Positions 48,913 through 60,788 of a stretch of 64,000 nucleotides of DNA are shown here, in pieces (positions within the stretch are counted from its first letter, which is position 1; every line of letters starts with the position of its first letter). The notes under the pieces were generated by a model. It did no database searches. It was not told where the DNA came from and saw only the letters and a list, made by a program, of their open reading frames with translations. Origin of the DNA: an uncultured Actinomycetota bacterium (GTDB lineage: Bacteria > Actinomycetota > Actinomycetes > Streptomycetales > Streptomycetaceae); contig CAWCXW010000002.1 in assembly GCA_963799685.1 (NCBI GenBank), positions 46,958 through 110,957 of the forward strand, written 5' to 3'. The position numbers were made by a program, and so were the translations under genes.

Positions 48913-50483
48913 GACCCGTCCTCCGCACCGGGGCCGGCCCGGCCCGTGATCAGGTCGGCGGCGCGTTCGGCCACCAGCAGCACGGTGACCATGGGGTTGA
49001 CGGTCGGCATGGTGGGGAAGACCGAGGCGTCCACCACCCGGATCCCCTCGACTCCGCGGAGCCGCAGCTCCGGGTCGAGCACTGCCAGTCGAGTCTCCGG
49101 CCGCCCCCATCCGGCAGGTGCCCGCCGGGTGGTAGACGGTGTGCGGCGGCCCGGCGCCCGTACGCCGAGAGCTCCTCGTCGTGAGGTCACGCCGAGGTCC
49201 TGGAGCCACCTCGCGGCGCAGCCACGACGCTCAGCGGCTCGGCGGCCGCCACCTCGCGGGCGATCCGCAGACCGTCGACGAGCGTCCGCTCGTCGTAGCC
49301 GTCGGGGTCGGTGAAGTACCGGAAGTCCAGGGCCGGGTTGTCCTCCGGGTCGGCGCTGCGCAGCCAGATACGGCCCACCGACCGGGCCTTGGGCACATTC
49401 GGCGTCATGCACACGCCGTGCTCGGGGACCGGGTAGCCCAGGCGCTCGGTGTTGACCGTGAAGGGCACCTGGTAGAAGTGGTACATCAGGTCCGGCCGCT
49501 CCTGCGAGGCGTCGCGGCGCAGGAAGAGGCCGGCGTCGGAGTCCATCGCCGAGTTCGGCGGCAGCGGGACCGTTCGTCTCCCAGACGATGACCGACTCCG
49601 GATGGTCCAGCAGGTTCTCGCCCACTCCCGGCAGGTCCGCCGCGCACGTCGATGCCGAGCCTCGCGCAGTGCGGCGGCAGGGCCGATGCCGGAGAGCATC
49701 AGCAGCCGCGGCGTGTCGACCGCGCCCGCGCACAGCAGCAGTTCCCGCGCTGCGCGCACCCGGACCGGGTGCCGTCCGCAGCCGTCGGCGTACACGCACC
49801 CGCACGCGCGTGAGCCGCCCGGCTCGTCGGGTTCAGCAGCCGGTACGCCCAGTCTCCAGCAGCAGTGTCAGGTTCGGCCGGTCCATCACCGGGTGCAGGT
49901 AGGCCACCGACGCCGACGAGCGGTGGCCGGTGTCCGGGTCGTAGGCGAGCGGAGAAGAAGCCCGCTCCGTCGGTGAAGGGCCGGGCGTTGAAGTCCTCGA
50001 CGACCGGCACGCCCAGCGCGTCGGCGGCCGAGGTCACGAAGTCCCGTGCGATCGGGTTCCGGTCCGCCTCGGCGACGGGGACGATGTGGTTGCGCAGCCG
50101 TCTCCGGTAGGGGAGCACCGTCTGCGGGTCCCAGCCGGCGCAGCCCGCAGTTCCACCCATTCCCGCAGGTCCTGCGGGCAGCGGCAGGAAGCTGATCAGC
50201 GTGTTGTGCGAGGAGCAGCCGCCCAGCACCCGGGCGCGTGAATGCAGGATGTGCGAGTTGCCCCGGGGCTGTTCGACCGTCGGGTAGCGCGTAGTCGAAT
50301 TCGGAGTCGAGCAGGTTGATCCAGTTGCGCAGCCGCAGGATCCGCTCGTCGCCGACGTCGCTCGGCCCGCCTTCGACGACGCACACCCGGCAGTCCGGGT
50401 CCTCGGTCAGCCGCGCGGCCAGCACCGAACCGGCCGTGCCGCCGCCCACGATCACGTAGTCGAATTCTCCGTTGCGTCTCCAT
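48909..50483 (-). CDS. GMC oxidoreductase, choline oxidase-like, many frameshifts
   Basis: [20 protein letters not shown] (covalent-FAD His of Arthrobacter-type choline oxidase), [30 protein letters not shown]. Confidence 0.82.
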
Positions 50484-50487
50484 CGGT

Positions 50488-51954
50488 TCAGCCCTTGAAC
50501 CAGCCGGAGGGCGCCGGCGCGCAGATTCTGGTAGATGTGCTGTGCCTCCTGGTACTCCCGCAGTCCCGAGGGACCGAGCTCGCGTCCCACGCCGGACTGC
50601 CCGAAACCGCCCCATTCCGCCTGTGGCACATAGGGATGGAAGTCGTTGATCCACACCGTGCCGTGGCGCAGCCGGCGGGCCACCCGCTGGGCCCGGCCCG
50701 CATCCGAGCGTCCACACCCCGCCCGCGAGGCCGTAGCGGGTGTCGTTGGCGAGCCGACCGCGTCGTCCTCCGTGGCGAAGCGCTCCACCGTCACCACCGG
50801 CCCGAACACCTCCTCCTGCACGATGCGCATGGACCGGTCGCAGTCGGCGAAGACGGTGGGGAGCAGGAAGAAGCCGCGGGCTGAGCGCGGGGTCCTCGGG
50901 ACGCGCGGCCGCCCGTGGCCAGCCGGGCGCCCTCTGCCCGGCCCACCCGATGTACTCCTCGACCTTCTCGCGGTGCTCGGCCGAGCTGAGCGGGCCGCTC
51001 TCGGTGCCCTCCGCCATCCCGTCCCCGAGCCGGATCTGCTCCGCGCGGGCGGCCAATGTCGTCGAGGAAACGGTCGTGCAGCCCGTCCTGCACCATCAGC
51101 CGCGAACCCGCTGAGCACACCTGCCCCGAGTGGAGGAACGCCGCGTCCAGCGCGTAGTCCACCGCCGCCTCGAAGTCGGCGTCCTCGAAGACCACGTTCG
51201 GATTCTTGCCGCCCAGCTCCAGGGCCACCTTCTTCACGTCCGGCGCGGCGGCCGCCATGATGCGGCGTCCGGTCGCCAGACCGCCGGTGAAGGACACCAG
51301 GTCGACCTGCGGGTGGCGCACCAGCGCCTCGCCCACCGACCCGTCACCGAGCACCAGGTTCGCCACTCCCGGCGGCGCGCCCGCCTCCTCGATCAGCTGC
51401 ACCATCTTGATCGTGGAAAGCGGGGTCGTCTCGCTGGGCTTCAGGACGAAGGTGTCGCCCGCCGCGAGGGCAGGCGCCACTTTCCATGAAGCCTGCAGCA
51501 GCGGATAGTTCCAGGGCGCGATCAGCACGCACACCCCGGCGGCCCGGTACTCGACCCGGCTGAGGACGTCCGGACCCAGATCCACGACACGGCCGCCGTC
51601 CTTGTCGGCGATCTCGGCGAAGTACCGAAAGGCGTCCGCCACGTCCTGCACGTCGATGCGGGCCTCGGCCAGCGTCTTCCCGGTGTCCGCGGTCTCGGTC
51701 CGCGCGATCTCCTCCATGTCCCGCAGCAGCAGCTCGCACACCCGGTGCAGCACGTCCGCCCGTCGTCGTACGGAGCCACCGGACCACTCGCCCGTGTCGA
51801 ACGCCCGTCGGGCGGCCAGCACGGCCCGTTCCACGTCCTCGTGGCCCGCTTCGTCGACTTCGGCGATCCGCGATGCGTCGAACGGGTTGAGTACCTGACG
51901 CGTCGTACCGGCGGCCGCGGCCGTCCACTCACCGCCGATGTAGAGCTGTGCCAC
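50488..51954 (-). CDS. betB: Betaine aldehyde dehydrogenase-like ALDH, frameshifted
   Basis: [48 protein letters not shown]; upstream of the choline oxidase. Confidence 0.8.
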
Positions 51955-52194
51955 TCGGTCCTCCTGCCCGGGCCGAACGGAATCGGTGTACGACAATCAG
52001 CCAAGCTGTCCGAGTGTCGAGCGGCCATCCGACGCGCCGCCGGATCCGCCGACAGGGCACGCCGCACGACCAGATGGCCCAGAGCGGTCGCCCTTCCGGA
52101 CCGGAATCCGTGACGGATCGGTGCCGGACCGGCCACCCTGGACGGCAGACGCCCCCGCGCTGGCGGCGTCCACCCAGCCGACCGGAGACCCACC

Positions 52195-52995
52195 ATGAGC
52201 CTCACCCTCGGCGGCGGCCCGCTCGCCGCCCGGCCGCCCGCCACCGCCAACTACACCGTCGAGGGCCCGGCACACCGGCTGCTGTGGCATCCCTTCCCGC
52301 GGCGGATCCGTGCGCTCTTCGGCGAAGCGACCGTGCTGGACACCGACCGGGCCGCGCTGCTGCACGAGACCGGGCTGCTGCCACAGCTCTACGTGCCGAC
52401 CGACGACGTCGACGAGGGACTGCTGCAGCCCACGGACCACCGCACCCACTGCCCCTTCAAGGGCGACGCCCGCTACGCCTCCGTCCGGGCGGGGGAGCGG
52501 ATCGCCGAGAACGCCGTGTGGAGCTACCCGGCCCCCCTGGGACCGGCACGCTGGCTCGCCGGACACCTGGCGCTGTACTGGGACGCCGTGGACGCCTGGT
52601 TCGACGAGGACGAGGAGGTCTTCGGCCACATCCGTGACCCCTACCACCGTGTCGACGTCCGCCCCACCAGCCGCCGGGTCCGCGTCACCGCCGCCGACAC
52701 CGAGGTCGCCGACACCCGCGGCGCTCTGCTGCTGTCCGAGACGGGGCTGCCCAACCGCTACTATCTGCCGGCCCGCGACGTGCGCACCGAACTGCTGGCC
52801 CCCAGCGCCACGCACACCGTCTGCCCCTACAAGGGACAGGCCTCCTACCGGACCCTCCTCGCGGGGGAGACACGGGTGGCGGACGTCGCCTGGCACTACC
52901 CGCAGCCGCTGGAGGACGCGCGGCGCATCGCCGGTTACTACTGCTTCCACGCCGAAGGGGTGCAGACCGTGGTCGACGGCAGACAGGTCGACTGA
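52195..52995 (+). CDS. Tandem DUF427 domain protein
   Basis: Two repeats of LxETGL...Y.P...T.CPFKG/CPYKG...W.YP.PL; RDPYHRVD linker. Confidence 0.9.
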   Translation: MSLTLGGGPLAARPPATANYTVEGPAHRLLWHPFPRRIRALFGEATVLDTDRAALLHETGLLPQLYVPTDDVDEGLLQPTDHRTHCPFKGDARYASVRAGERIAENAVWSYPAPLGPARWLAGHLALYWDAVDAWFDEDEEVFGHIRDPYHRVDVRPTSRRVRVTAADTEVADTRGALLLSETGLPNRYYLPARDVRTELLAPSATHTVCPYKGQASYRTLLAGETRVADVAWHYPQPLEDARRIAGYYCFHAEGVQTVVDGRQVD

Positions 52996-53082
52996 GCGGC
53001 CCGGTCAAAGGGGCGGGTTTGGCCGGATGACACCGGTGGTACGGCTCGTGCCGACTCTCTCCTGCTGACCGGAGTACACGAC

Positions 53083-54546
53083 ATGCGAGTGATGCTGGTC
53101 CATCCGAGCGCCCTGATGTACTCGGAGATCTTCCTGCGACTCGAGCCGCTGGGCCTGGAACGCGTGGCCGCGGCCGCCCGCGACGCGGGCCACGAGGTGC
53201 GGGTGGTGGACCTGCAGGTTCTCTCGCGACGGGTGCTCGACCGCGAGATGCGCGAGTTCGCCCCCGAAGCGCTGGGCATCTCGCTGAACTACCTGGCCAA
53301 CGTCCCCGAGGCCATCGAACTCGCCCGGCAGGCCAAGGAGTTCTCGCCGGGATGCTTTGTCTTCTTCGGCGGCCACAGCGTCTCCTTCATCGCTGAGCAC
53401 GTCCTCGAGCAGGCAGGCGGAGCACTCGACGTGATCGTGCGCGGCGAGGGCGAGCCCCCCGTCGAACCCCTGCTGCAGGCCGTCCGCGACGGCGGCCTGC
53501 ATGACATTCCCGGAGTCGTCACCCGGGACGGCCGGGGCCCGGCCCCCCGCCTGCTGGAGAGCATCGACGGCCCGCAACCGGCCAGGGACCTGATGCGCCG
53601 GCGAAACAAGTACTTCATCGGCGAACTCGACCCGTGCGCTTCCATCGAGTTCACCCGCGGCTGTCCCTGGGACTGCTCCTTCTGCTCCGCCTGGACCTTC
53701 TACGGCCGCAGCTACCGCAAGGCCTCGCCGCAGGCCGCCGCGGACGAGATGGCCTCCATCCGCGAACCCAACGTCTTCATCGTCGACGATGTCGCCTTCA
53801 TCAAGGCCGAGCACGGCAACGGCATCGCCGCGGAACTCGAGCGGCGCCGTATCCGCAAGAACTACTACCTCGAGACCCGAGCAGACGTGCTGCTGCGCAA
53901 CGAGGAGGTCTTCCAGCGCTGGGCCCGGCTCGGACTGCGCTACATGTTCCTCGGCATGGAGGCCCTCGACTCCGAGGGGCTGGACCTGTACCGCAAACGC
54001 ATCAGCCCGGACGACAACTTCCGCGCCCTGGAGAAGGCCCGCGGCATGGGCATCAGCGTGGCGATCAACCTCATCGTCGACCCGGCCTGGGACGAGGAAC
54101 GGTTCCGCCTGGTGCGCGAGTTCGCCCTGTCGGTGCCCGAGATCGTTCACCTCACGGTCATGACCCCCTACCCGGGCACCGAGGTCTGGCACACCGAGGC
54201 CCGTCAGCTGACCACGCGCGACTACCGGCTCTTCGACATCCAGCACGCAGTCGTGCCCACCACCCTGCCCCTTGACGTCTTCTACCGCGAACTCGTGCGC
54301 ACCCAGGCCGTCATCAACCGCAAGCACCTCGGACTGCGTACCGCCGTCGGCGCGCTCGGCGTGCTGGGGCGCAACCTGGCGCACGGCCAGACCAATTTCG
54401 CCCGCATGCTGTGGAAGTTCAGCCGTGTCTACAACCCGAAGCGGCAACTGAGCGACCACGCCCGCCCCGTCGAGTTCGAACTGCCCATGCCGGTGCGTCG
54501 CGAGGAGGTCCCCGGGCGCAGGGAGCTCTACATCCACTCCCGGTGA
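53083..54546 (+). CDS. hpnR: B12-dependent radical SAM methyltransferase, hopanoid C-3 methylase HpnR-like
   Basis: VHPSALMYSEIFLRLEPLGLE, GGHS, RGEGE, TRGCPWDCSFC, TPYPGTE, DYRLFDIQHAV. Confidence 0.8.
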   Translation: MRVMLVHPSALMYSEIFLRLEPLGLERVAAAARDAGHEVRVVDLQVLSRRVLDREMREFAPEALGISLNYLANVPEAIELARQAKEFSPGCFVFFGGHSVSFIAEHVLEQAGGALDVIVRGEGEPPVEPLLQAVRDGGLHDIPGVVTRDGRGPAPRLLESIDGPQPARDLMRRRNKYFIGELDPCASIEFTRGCPWDCSFCSAWTFYGRSYRKASPQAAADEMASIREPNVFIVDDVAFIKAEHGNGIAAELERRRIRKNYYLETRADVLLRNEEVFQRWARLGLRYMFLGMEALDSEGLDLYRKRISPDDNFRALEKARGMGISVAINLIVDPAWDEERFRLVREFALSVPEIVHLTVMTPYPGTEVWHTEARQLTTRDYRLFDIQHAVVPTTLPLDVFYRELVRTQAVINRKHLGLRTAVGALGVLGRNLAHGQTNFARMLWKFSRVYNPKRQLSDHARPVEFELPMPVRREEVPGRRELYIHSR

Positions 54547-54641
54547 CGTCATCGATTGGTCACGGGTCACACCGCCGGAATCCCGCTCCGCCCCCTTAGC
54601 GTCGAGCCCGAAGGACAACGCGGTGAAGGGACACGACGGGC

Positions 54642-55963
54642 ATGAGCACGCGGTATGAGCCGACCGGGGACGAACGGCGCCCACGATGGCAGCCACCGGG
54701 CCCCGCACGTCCGGAGTTCTGGCGCAGCCCGCTGCGCGGGCCGTGGCTCACCTCGGTCCTCGGCGCCGTCCTGCTGGTCGGGCTCACCGCGGTCACGGTC
54801 ACCGGCATGCTGTCCTACGCCGCCTACAACCCCGATCTGGCCGCGGTCAACGACAAGACTCCCGACAAGGGATGGCTCGGCTTCTACCTGTTCGCCTGGC
54901 CCACCGACCCGCCGTGGCTCTACCGCCTCACCCAGGGCGTTCACGTCACACTCGGTCTCGTTCTGGTACCGGTGGTGCTCGCCAAGCTGTGGTCGGTCAT
55001 CCCCCGGCTGTTCGCATGGCCGCCGCTGCGCTCGGTGCGCCACGCCCTGGACCGGCTCTCGGTGCTGCTGCTCGTCGGCAGCGTGCTGTTCGAGATCGTC
55101 ACCGGGGTGCTGAACATCCAGCTCTACTACGTCTTTCCCGGCTCCTTCTACACCCTGCACTTCTACGGCGCATGGATCTTCCTCGGTGCCTTCGTCGTCC
55201 ACGTCGCCGTGCGCTTCCCCCGCATGATGCGTGCTCTGCGCAGCCGCAGCCTGCGCGCCGAACTGCGCACGCGCACCGCGCAGACCAGGCCCGAACCGCC
55301 GGACGAGACCGGCCTGGTCGCCCCCCGCCCGGCACCGCCCACGCTCTCCCGCCGCGGTGCGCTGGGCACGGTGGCCCTCGGCTCGCTCGCGGTACTCGTC
55401 GTCACCGCCGGGCAGAGCATCGGCGGTCCGCTGCGGTCCACCGCGCTGCTGGCTCCGCGCGGCACGCGATCCGGGCGCCGGGCCGAACGGCTTCCAGATC
55501 AACAAGACCGCTCAGGCTGCGTGGCATCCGCCGCCGCGACGTCGGCTCCGGACTGGCGGCTGACCGTCACCGGGCCACGCGGCCGGCTTCAGCTTCACCC
55601 GCGAAGATCTGCTGGCACTGCCGCAGCACACCGCCGCGCCTTCCCATCGCCTGCGTGGAGGGCTGGTCGACCTCCGACCAGCTGTGGAGCGGGGTGCGCC
55701 TGGCCGACCTGGCCGCACTCGCGGGCTGCGCGCAGCACCCGCCCGGCGTGTTCGTCGAGTCCGTGCAGCGTGGCGGCTCCTTCCGCGCCGCGGCCCTGCG
55801 CGACAACCAGGTCCGTGACCCGCGCTCACTGCTCGCACTGCGCGTCAACGGAGCCGACCTGTCCCTGGACCACGGCTACCCGGCCCGTACGATCGTCCCC
55901 GCCAACCCCGGGGTGCACAACACCAAGTGGGTCTCCCGGCTCTCCTTCGGAGAGCTGTCATGA
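54642..55963 (+). CDS. Membrane-bound molybdopterin oxidoreductase (sulfite oxidase/MsrP-like), frameshifted
   Basis: TM region with conserved His (GVHV, TLHF, VVHV); LSRRG; LPIACVEGWS, DHGYPAR, PGVHNTKWV. Confidence 0.82.
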
Positions 55964-56457
55964 GGCGCCGCGCCGGGCAGGACCCGGGCCCGCTGGGCGT
56001 GCTGCTCATGCTCGCCTCCTTCGCACTCACCGCCTACGCCGGCATCCGCCTGCTGCAGGTCCGACGTGCTCGGCGTCGTGGTGTGGTTCGTGGCGGCCGC
56101 TGTCCTGCACGACCTGGTGCTGCTGCCCCTGTACTCCCTGGCGGACCGGGTGGCCCAGACGATGCCGGGCAGCGGGCCGGACCGCTCCGGCCCGGCAGGC
56201 GGCCCGCCGCCCTGGATCAACCACCTGAGGCTCCCCGCCCTGCTCAGCGGGCTGCTCCTGCTGCTCTTCTTCCCGCTGATCCTCGAGCTGGTCAGCCACT
56301 ACCACTCCTACAGCGCACTGCCCGCCGACGTCTTCTGGGAACACTGGCTGCTGCTGACGGCCGGCTTCTTCGCCGCCTCCGCCGCTACTCTTCGCACTGC
56401 GCAGCCTGCGGCACCGCCGCCCGCACTAGCCCGAAGCGTCCGGAAAGAGCGCCGTGA
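55960..56457 (+). CDS. Membrane protein coupled to the Mo-oxidoreductase, frameshifted, end approximate
   Basis: ATGA overlap; SFALTAYAG / WFVAAAVLHDLVLLPLYSLAD / NHLRLPALLSGLLLL. Confidence 0.7.
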   Translation: MRRRAGQDPGPLGVLLMLASFALTAYAGIRLLQVRRARRRGVVRGGRCPARPGAAAPVLPGGPGGPDDAGQRAGPLRPGRRPAALDQPPEAPRPAQRAAPAALLPADPRAGQPLPLLQRTARRRLLGTLAAADGRLLRRLRRYSSHCAACGTAARTSPKRPERAP

Positions 56458-57197
56458 AGGCGCCCGCCGGATCCGACAGCCCGCGGGCGAACGGCGAGTC
56501 GAAGTGCCAGACCAGGAAGAGCAGGAAGACCATCAGTGCGCTGAAGAACCCCGACAGCAGCAGTTCCCGGGCCGAGCGGCGGATCTGGAGGGCGAAGAGC
56601 ATGCCCAGCGTCAGCCCGGCGCCGCCCAGCAGCCCCAGCCACACCACGCCGGGCATCGTCGAGCCCGAGCCAGATCGCCGCGCTGGATGCGCGCGGCGTC
56701 GGCGGCGGCCGCCTGCCCGGTGACCGACTGATACATCTGAGACTCCCGCGGTCCCTGCGGATCGAGGTCGCGCACGTCCTGCCGCAGACTCGTCATCAAG
56801 GCGTCGCCGCGGCCGGTCAGCTCACCGGAATCCGCCATGCGCGGCCACTCCCGCTGGACGGTGTAGCGCACGTATCTGCGCACGTCGGTGCGCACCCGGT
56901 CGCCGGACGGACCGGAGAAGGACGTGCGTCCCCTCCTGCACCTCGTGCAGCGCCAGCGCCTCACTCTGCACCACGTCGTCGGCCGCGTTGCGTGCCTCCC
57001 ACACCCCGGCGATGGCCAGGCCGAGAACGATCGCGTACACCACGCCGATCATCATCGTCATGTACTCGATGACGTCCGGGCGTCTCGGAACTGTCGTCGT
57101 CCTCTCCGACGCGGCGCTGGCGGGCCACCACCAGACCCGCCACCACCGCGCAGGTCAGGACGACCGCGCACACCAGAACCAGCCACTGCGACATCAC
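56426..57197 (-). CDS. DUF4239 (bestrophin-like) membrane protein, frameshifted
   Basis: IGVVYAIVLGLAIAGVWE, YVRYTVQREWP, MPGVVW, FDSPF spread over several frames. Confidence 0.75.
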
Positions 57198-57210
57198 AGG
57201 ACTCCTTGGG

Positions 57211-57954
57211 CTATCGGGACCGGGAAGAACGGGGCCGCAGAGCCGCCGCTGCGAGGACGGCGGGCGCGATGATCAGCAGTGTCCTGGTCACCATCGACAT
57301 CCCCCGTGCGGGGGAACGGCGCGGCATGATCGCAGCGGGCGCAGCCACCGGCCGGGGCGAGACACGAGTGGGTGACGGGGTGGGCGCCTGGCGCGGCGAC
57401 CGGGACGGCGCGGTCGTCGCGCGAGCCGGCGACGGGGCGACAGCCTTGGTGGGCGTGGGCGTGGGCGACGGGGTCGGCGGGGCGGGAGGCGAGGGGGGCC
57501 AGGTCGGGCAGCGCCGCCCGGACACCGCCACCCGGGTGCCGGACCGGGTGCCCACGGACACCGAGCCGCCAGGACCGGTGCAGTGCGGTCCGGAACCGTG
57601 CCCGCGCGGCGGGGGGCCGACCGGCACCCGGCCGTGCGGCGTGCGCACCTCCACCCGTACACCGCCGCCGGATTCGTGCTCCACCCGGATCCGCGGCCCA
57701 CGCCGGACCGGGGGAGGGAAGCGGTGTGCTCCGAGCCCCGTGCCGGGTGGCAGGCGTGGCTGCGGCCCGTGCGCGTGCCCGTGCGGGCCGCCGGGCGGGA
57801 CTGCGAACTGCGGGAACGCCGGAGGAAACGGGCGAGGGGCCGCGGCGGCGGGAACACAACCGAGCGTGAACGCCACGCCCGCCCACAACCCTGCCGCCAG
57901 GCGCCGCCATCGAGGGAAAGCCGTCACGGCGACGATCATCCGGACGTCTGCCAC
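57211..57954 (-). CDS. Proline-rich exported/membrane protein
   Basis: Signal-like N-terminus, PT-rich linker, C-terminal hydrophobic anchor followed by RPR. Confidence 0.55.
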   Translation of the reverse strand: MADVRMIVAVTAFPRWRRLAAGLWAGVAFTLGCVPAAAAPRPFPPAFPQFAVPPGGPHGHAHGPQPRLPPGTGLGAHRFPPPVRRGPRIRVEHESGGGVRVEVRTPHGRVPVGPPPRGHGSGPHCTGPGGSVSVGTRSGTRVAVSGRRCPTWPPSPPAPPTPSPTPTPTKAVAPSPARATTAPSRSPRQAPTPSPTRVSPRPVAAPAAIMPRRSPARGMSMVTRTLLIIAPAVLAAAALRPRSSRSR

Positions 57955-58136
57955 CGGACGGGAGAGCGCGCACGTGATGATCGCCCGATCTGCTGAACTT
58001 TACGGTTCACCGGCATAGCGGCCGTTCTTCGGCGTACCCGGTCGCGTAGCCCGCGGGCCGACCTGCCACGGGGCGTTCTTGAAAGGCGCGTCCGCAGGGG
58101 TTTAGGTGGACCGAGGAACCCGCGAGGGGAGAGCCC

Positions 58137-59458
58137 ATGCCCGGCATACGCGACACGGACAGTGAACGGCTCCTCGGTGAGGACGAGGCAGCGACTCACG
58201 TCTACGGCATCTGCTTCAAGACCGGCCCGCCGCGGCAGATCGGCGTCGAGCTCGAGTGGCTCGTGCACGACCTGACCGAGCCGCCGCTGCACCACCCCGA
58301 CCCCCACCCCCTGCTTCCTCCCGCCCGGCTGGAGCCGGCCCTCGCCGACCTGCGAGATCTGCCGCTCCACTCGGCGCTCACCCTCGAGCCGGGCGGCCAG
58401 GTGGAGCTCAGCTCCCAGCCGGCCCGCTCGCTGACCGAATGCGTCGAGACGATGACGGAGGACCTGGCCGCTGTCCGCGGCAGGCTGGCAGCACACGGAC
58501 TGGGCCTGGCCGGATACGGACTCGACCCGGCCCGCCCGCCGCGCCGTCTCCTGCGGCTGCCGCGCTACCTCGCCATGGAGTCCTACTTCGACCGGCTGGG
58601 ACCGGCCGGACGGGCGATGATGTGCACCTCGGCCTCCGTCCAGGTCTGCGTGGACGCCGGGACCGAGGAGCCCGGCCTCTTCGGTCACGCCCGACGGTGG
58701 ACTCTGGCCCATCGCCTGGGCGCCGTCCTCGTCGCCGCCTTCGCCGCCTCCCCCTGCTCGCCGGCTTCCCGACCGGCTGGCGGTCCACCCGCCAGGGCGT
58801 GTGGACCGCGCTCGACGGCGGACGCATCCTCGCCCCGTCCGCCGCCAGGGCACCCAGGGACGCCTGGGCCGAACACGCCCTGGACGCCGCCGTCCTGTGC
58901 GTGCGCAGCGAGGCCGGCCCGTGGGCACTGCCGCAGCCTCCGGTCAGCTTCCGGCAGTGGACCCGCAGCCATCACCCCAGGCCGCCCACGGTCTCAGACC
59001 TGGAGTTCCACCTGAGTACCCTCTTCCCACCTGTGCGCCCGCAGGGCCATCTCGAGCTGCGCATGATCGACGCACAGCCCGGCCCGGACGGCTGGCTGGT
59101 TCCGCTGGCCGTCACCGCGGCGCTCTTCGACGACCCGGCCGCCACCGAGACCGCCTACCGGGCGGTCAAACCGCTCGCCGACCTGACCGGCGGCCTGCCC
59201 GCCCCCCGTAACCCGCTGTGGCGCCGGGCCGCACGCCACGGACTGACCGACCCCGAACTGCACACGGCCGCGCTCGCCTGCTTCGCCGCGGCCGCCGAGG
59301 CGCTGCCACGGCTCGGCGCCGGCACGCGCGTGCAGTCCGCCGTGGCCGAGTTCACCGATCGCTACGTCGCACGCGGGCGCTGCCCGGCCGACGACCTGCT
59401 GGCCGGCCACGCCGGCCGTCCCACCGATGAGGACGCAGGGAAGGACCCGACGTCATGA
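58137..59458 (+). CDS. egtA: Ergothioneine glutamate-cysteine ligase, frameshift in C-run near 58750
   Basis: CFKTGPP, GVELEW, LEPGGQVELSS, MMCTSASVQV; HLSTLFPPVRP, LELRMIDAQ. Confidence 0.9.
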
Positions 59459-60788
59459 GCGTCACCGAAGTGGACGCCGAGAAGCTCCGCACCCGAGCCC
59501 TGACCGCGCTGACCACGGCCCGCGACCGCACGGTCGCGCTGACCGGCTGCATCGACGACCACGGCCTGACCGTCCAGCACTCCCCGCTGATGTCCCCGCT
59601 GGTGTGGGATCTCGCCCACATCGGCAACCAGGAGGAGCAGTGGCTGCTGCGGGCAGCCGGCGGCCGCGAGGCGCTCCGGCCGGAGATCGACGGGCTCTAC
59701 GACGCCTTCGAACACCCCCGTGCCACCCGGCCCTCCCTGCCGCTGCTGCCGCCCGAGGAGGCACGCGGCTATGCCGCCGACGTACGTGGGATGGCGCTCG
59801 AGGTCCTCGAACACGCCGAACTGCGCGGCGATCGGCTGCTCGAGGCGGGTTTCGCCTTCGGCATGATCGCCCAGCACGAACAGCAGCACGACGAGACGAT
59901 GCTCATCACCCACCAGCTGCGCCGCGGCCCCGCCGTGCTGACGGCTCCGTCGCCCCCGGCAGCCCCGGCCGAGGCCGCCCGCCTCCCGGCCGACGTTCTC
60001 GTCCCCGGCGGAGAGTTCACCATGGGCACCGACACCGAGCCATGGGCGCTGGACAACGAACGCCCCGCTCACCGGCGTCACGTGCCGCCCTTCCGCATCG
60101 ACACCGTCCCCGTCACCTGCGGCGCCTACCTGGGATTCATCGACGCCGGTGGTTACCGCGACCCGCGCTGGTGGCACCCCCGCGGCTGGGACACGGTGCG
60201 CCGCAACGAGCTGCGCGCCCCGCTCTTCTGGCACGACGAGGGCGATGCGTGGTTCACCCGCCGATTCGGCGCCGTCGAACCTGTACGGCCTGAGGAACCG
60301 GTTGTGCACGTGAGCTGGTTCGAAGCGGACGCCTACGCCCGCTGGGCCGGGCGCCGTCTGCCCACCGAGGCCGAATGGGAGAAGGCGGCCCGCCACGACC
60401 CGGCCTCCGCCCGCTCACGCCGCCACCCCTGGGGGATACCGACCCGGGACCCGGGCACGCCAACCTGAACCAGCGCCATCTGCGCCCCGCCCCGGCCGGC
60501 AGCTACCCGGCCGGCGCCTCTCCGCTGGGGGTGCGCCAGCTCATGGGCGACGTGTGGGAGTGGACAGCCTCCGACTTCACGCCCTACCCGGGGTTCGTCC
60601 CCTTCCCCTACCGGGAGTACTCCGAGGTCTTCTTCGGCGGTGACTACAAGGTGCTGCGTGGCGGCTCCTTCGCCGTCGGCCACGTCGCCTGCCGCGGCAC
60701 GTTCCGCAACTGGGACCGCCCGATGCGCCGGCAGATCTTCGCCGGTTTCCGCACCGCGTGTGACGCCGCGCCACGCCAGGAGGGCTGA
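59455..60788 (+). CDS. egtB: Ergothioneine sulfoxide synthase, frameshift in G-run near 60433
   Basis: [18 protein letters not shown] iron ligands, [13 protein letters not shown]; GDVWEWT, YREYS, LRGGS, FRNWD, GFR. Confidence 0.92.

Noticed and set aside
57290-57850. Short repeats such as GGGCGT units
   Set aside because: They encode a Pro-Thr linker, not a DNA-level element.
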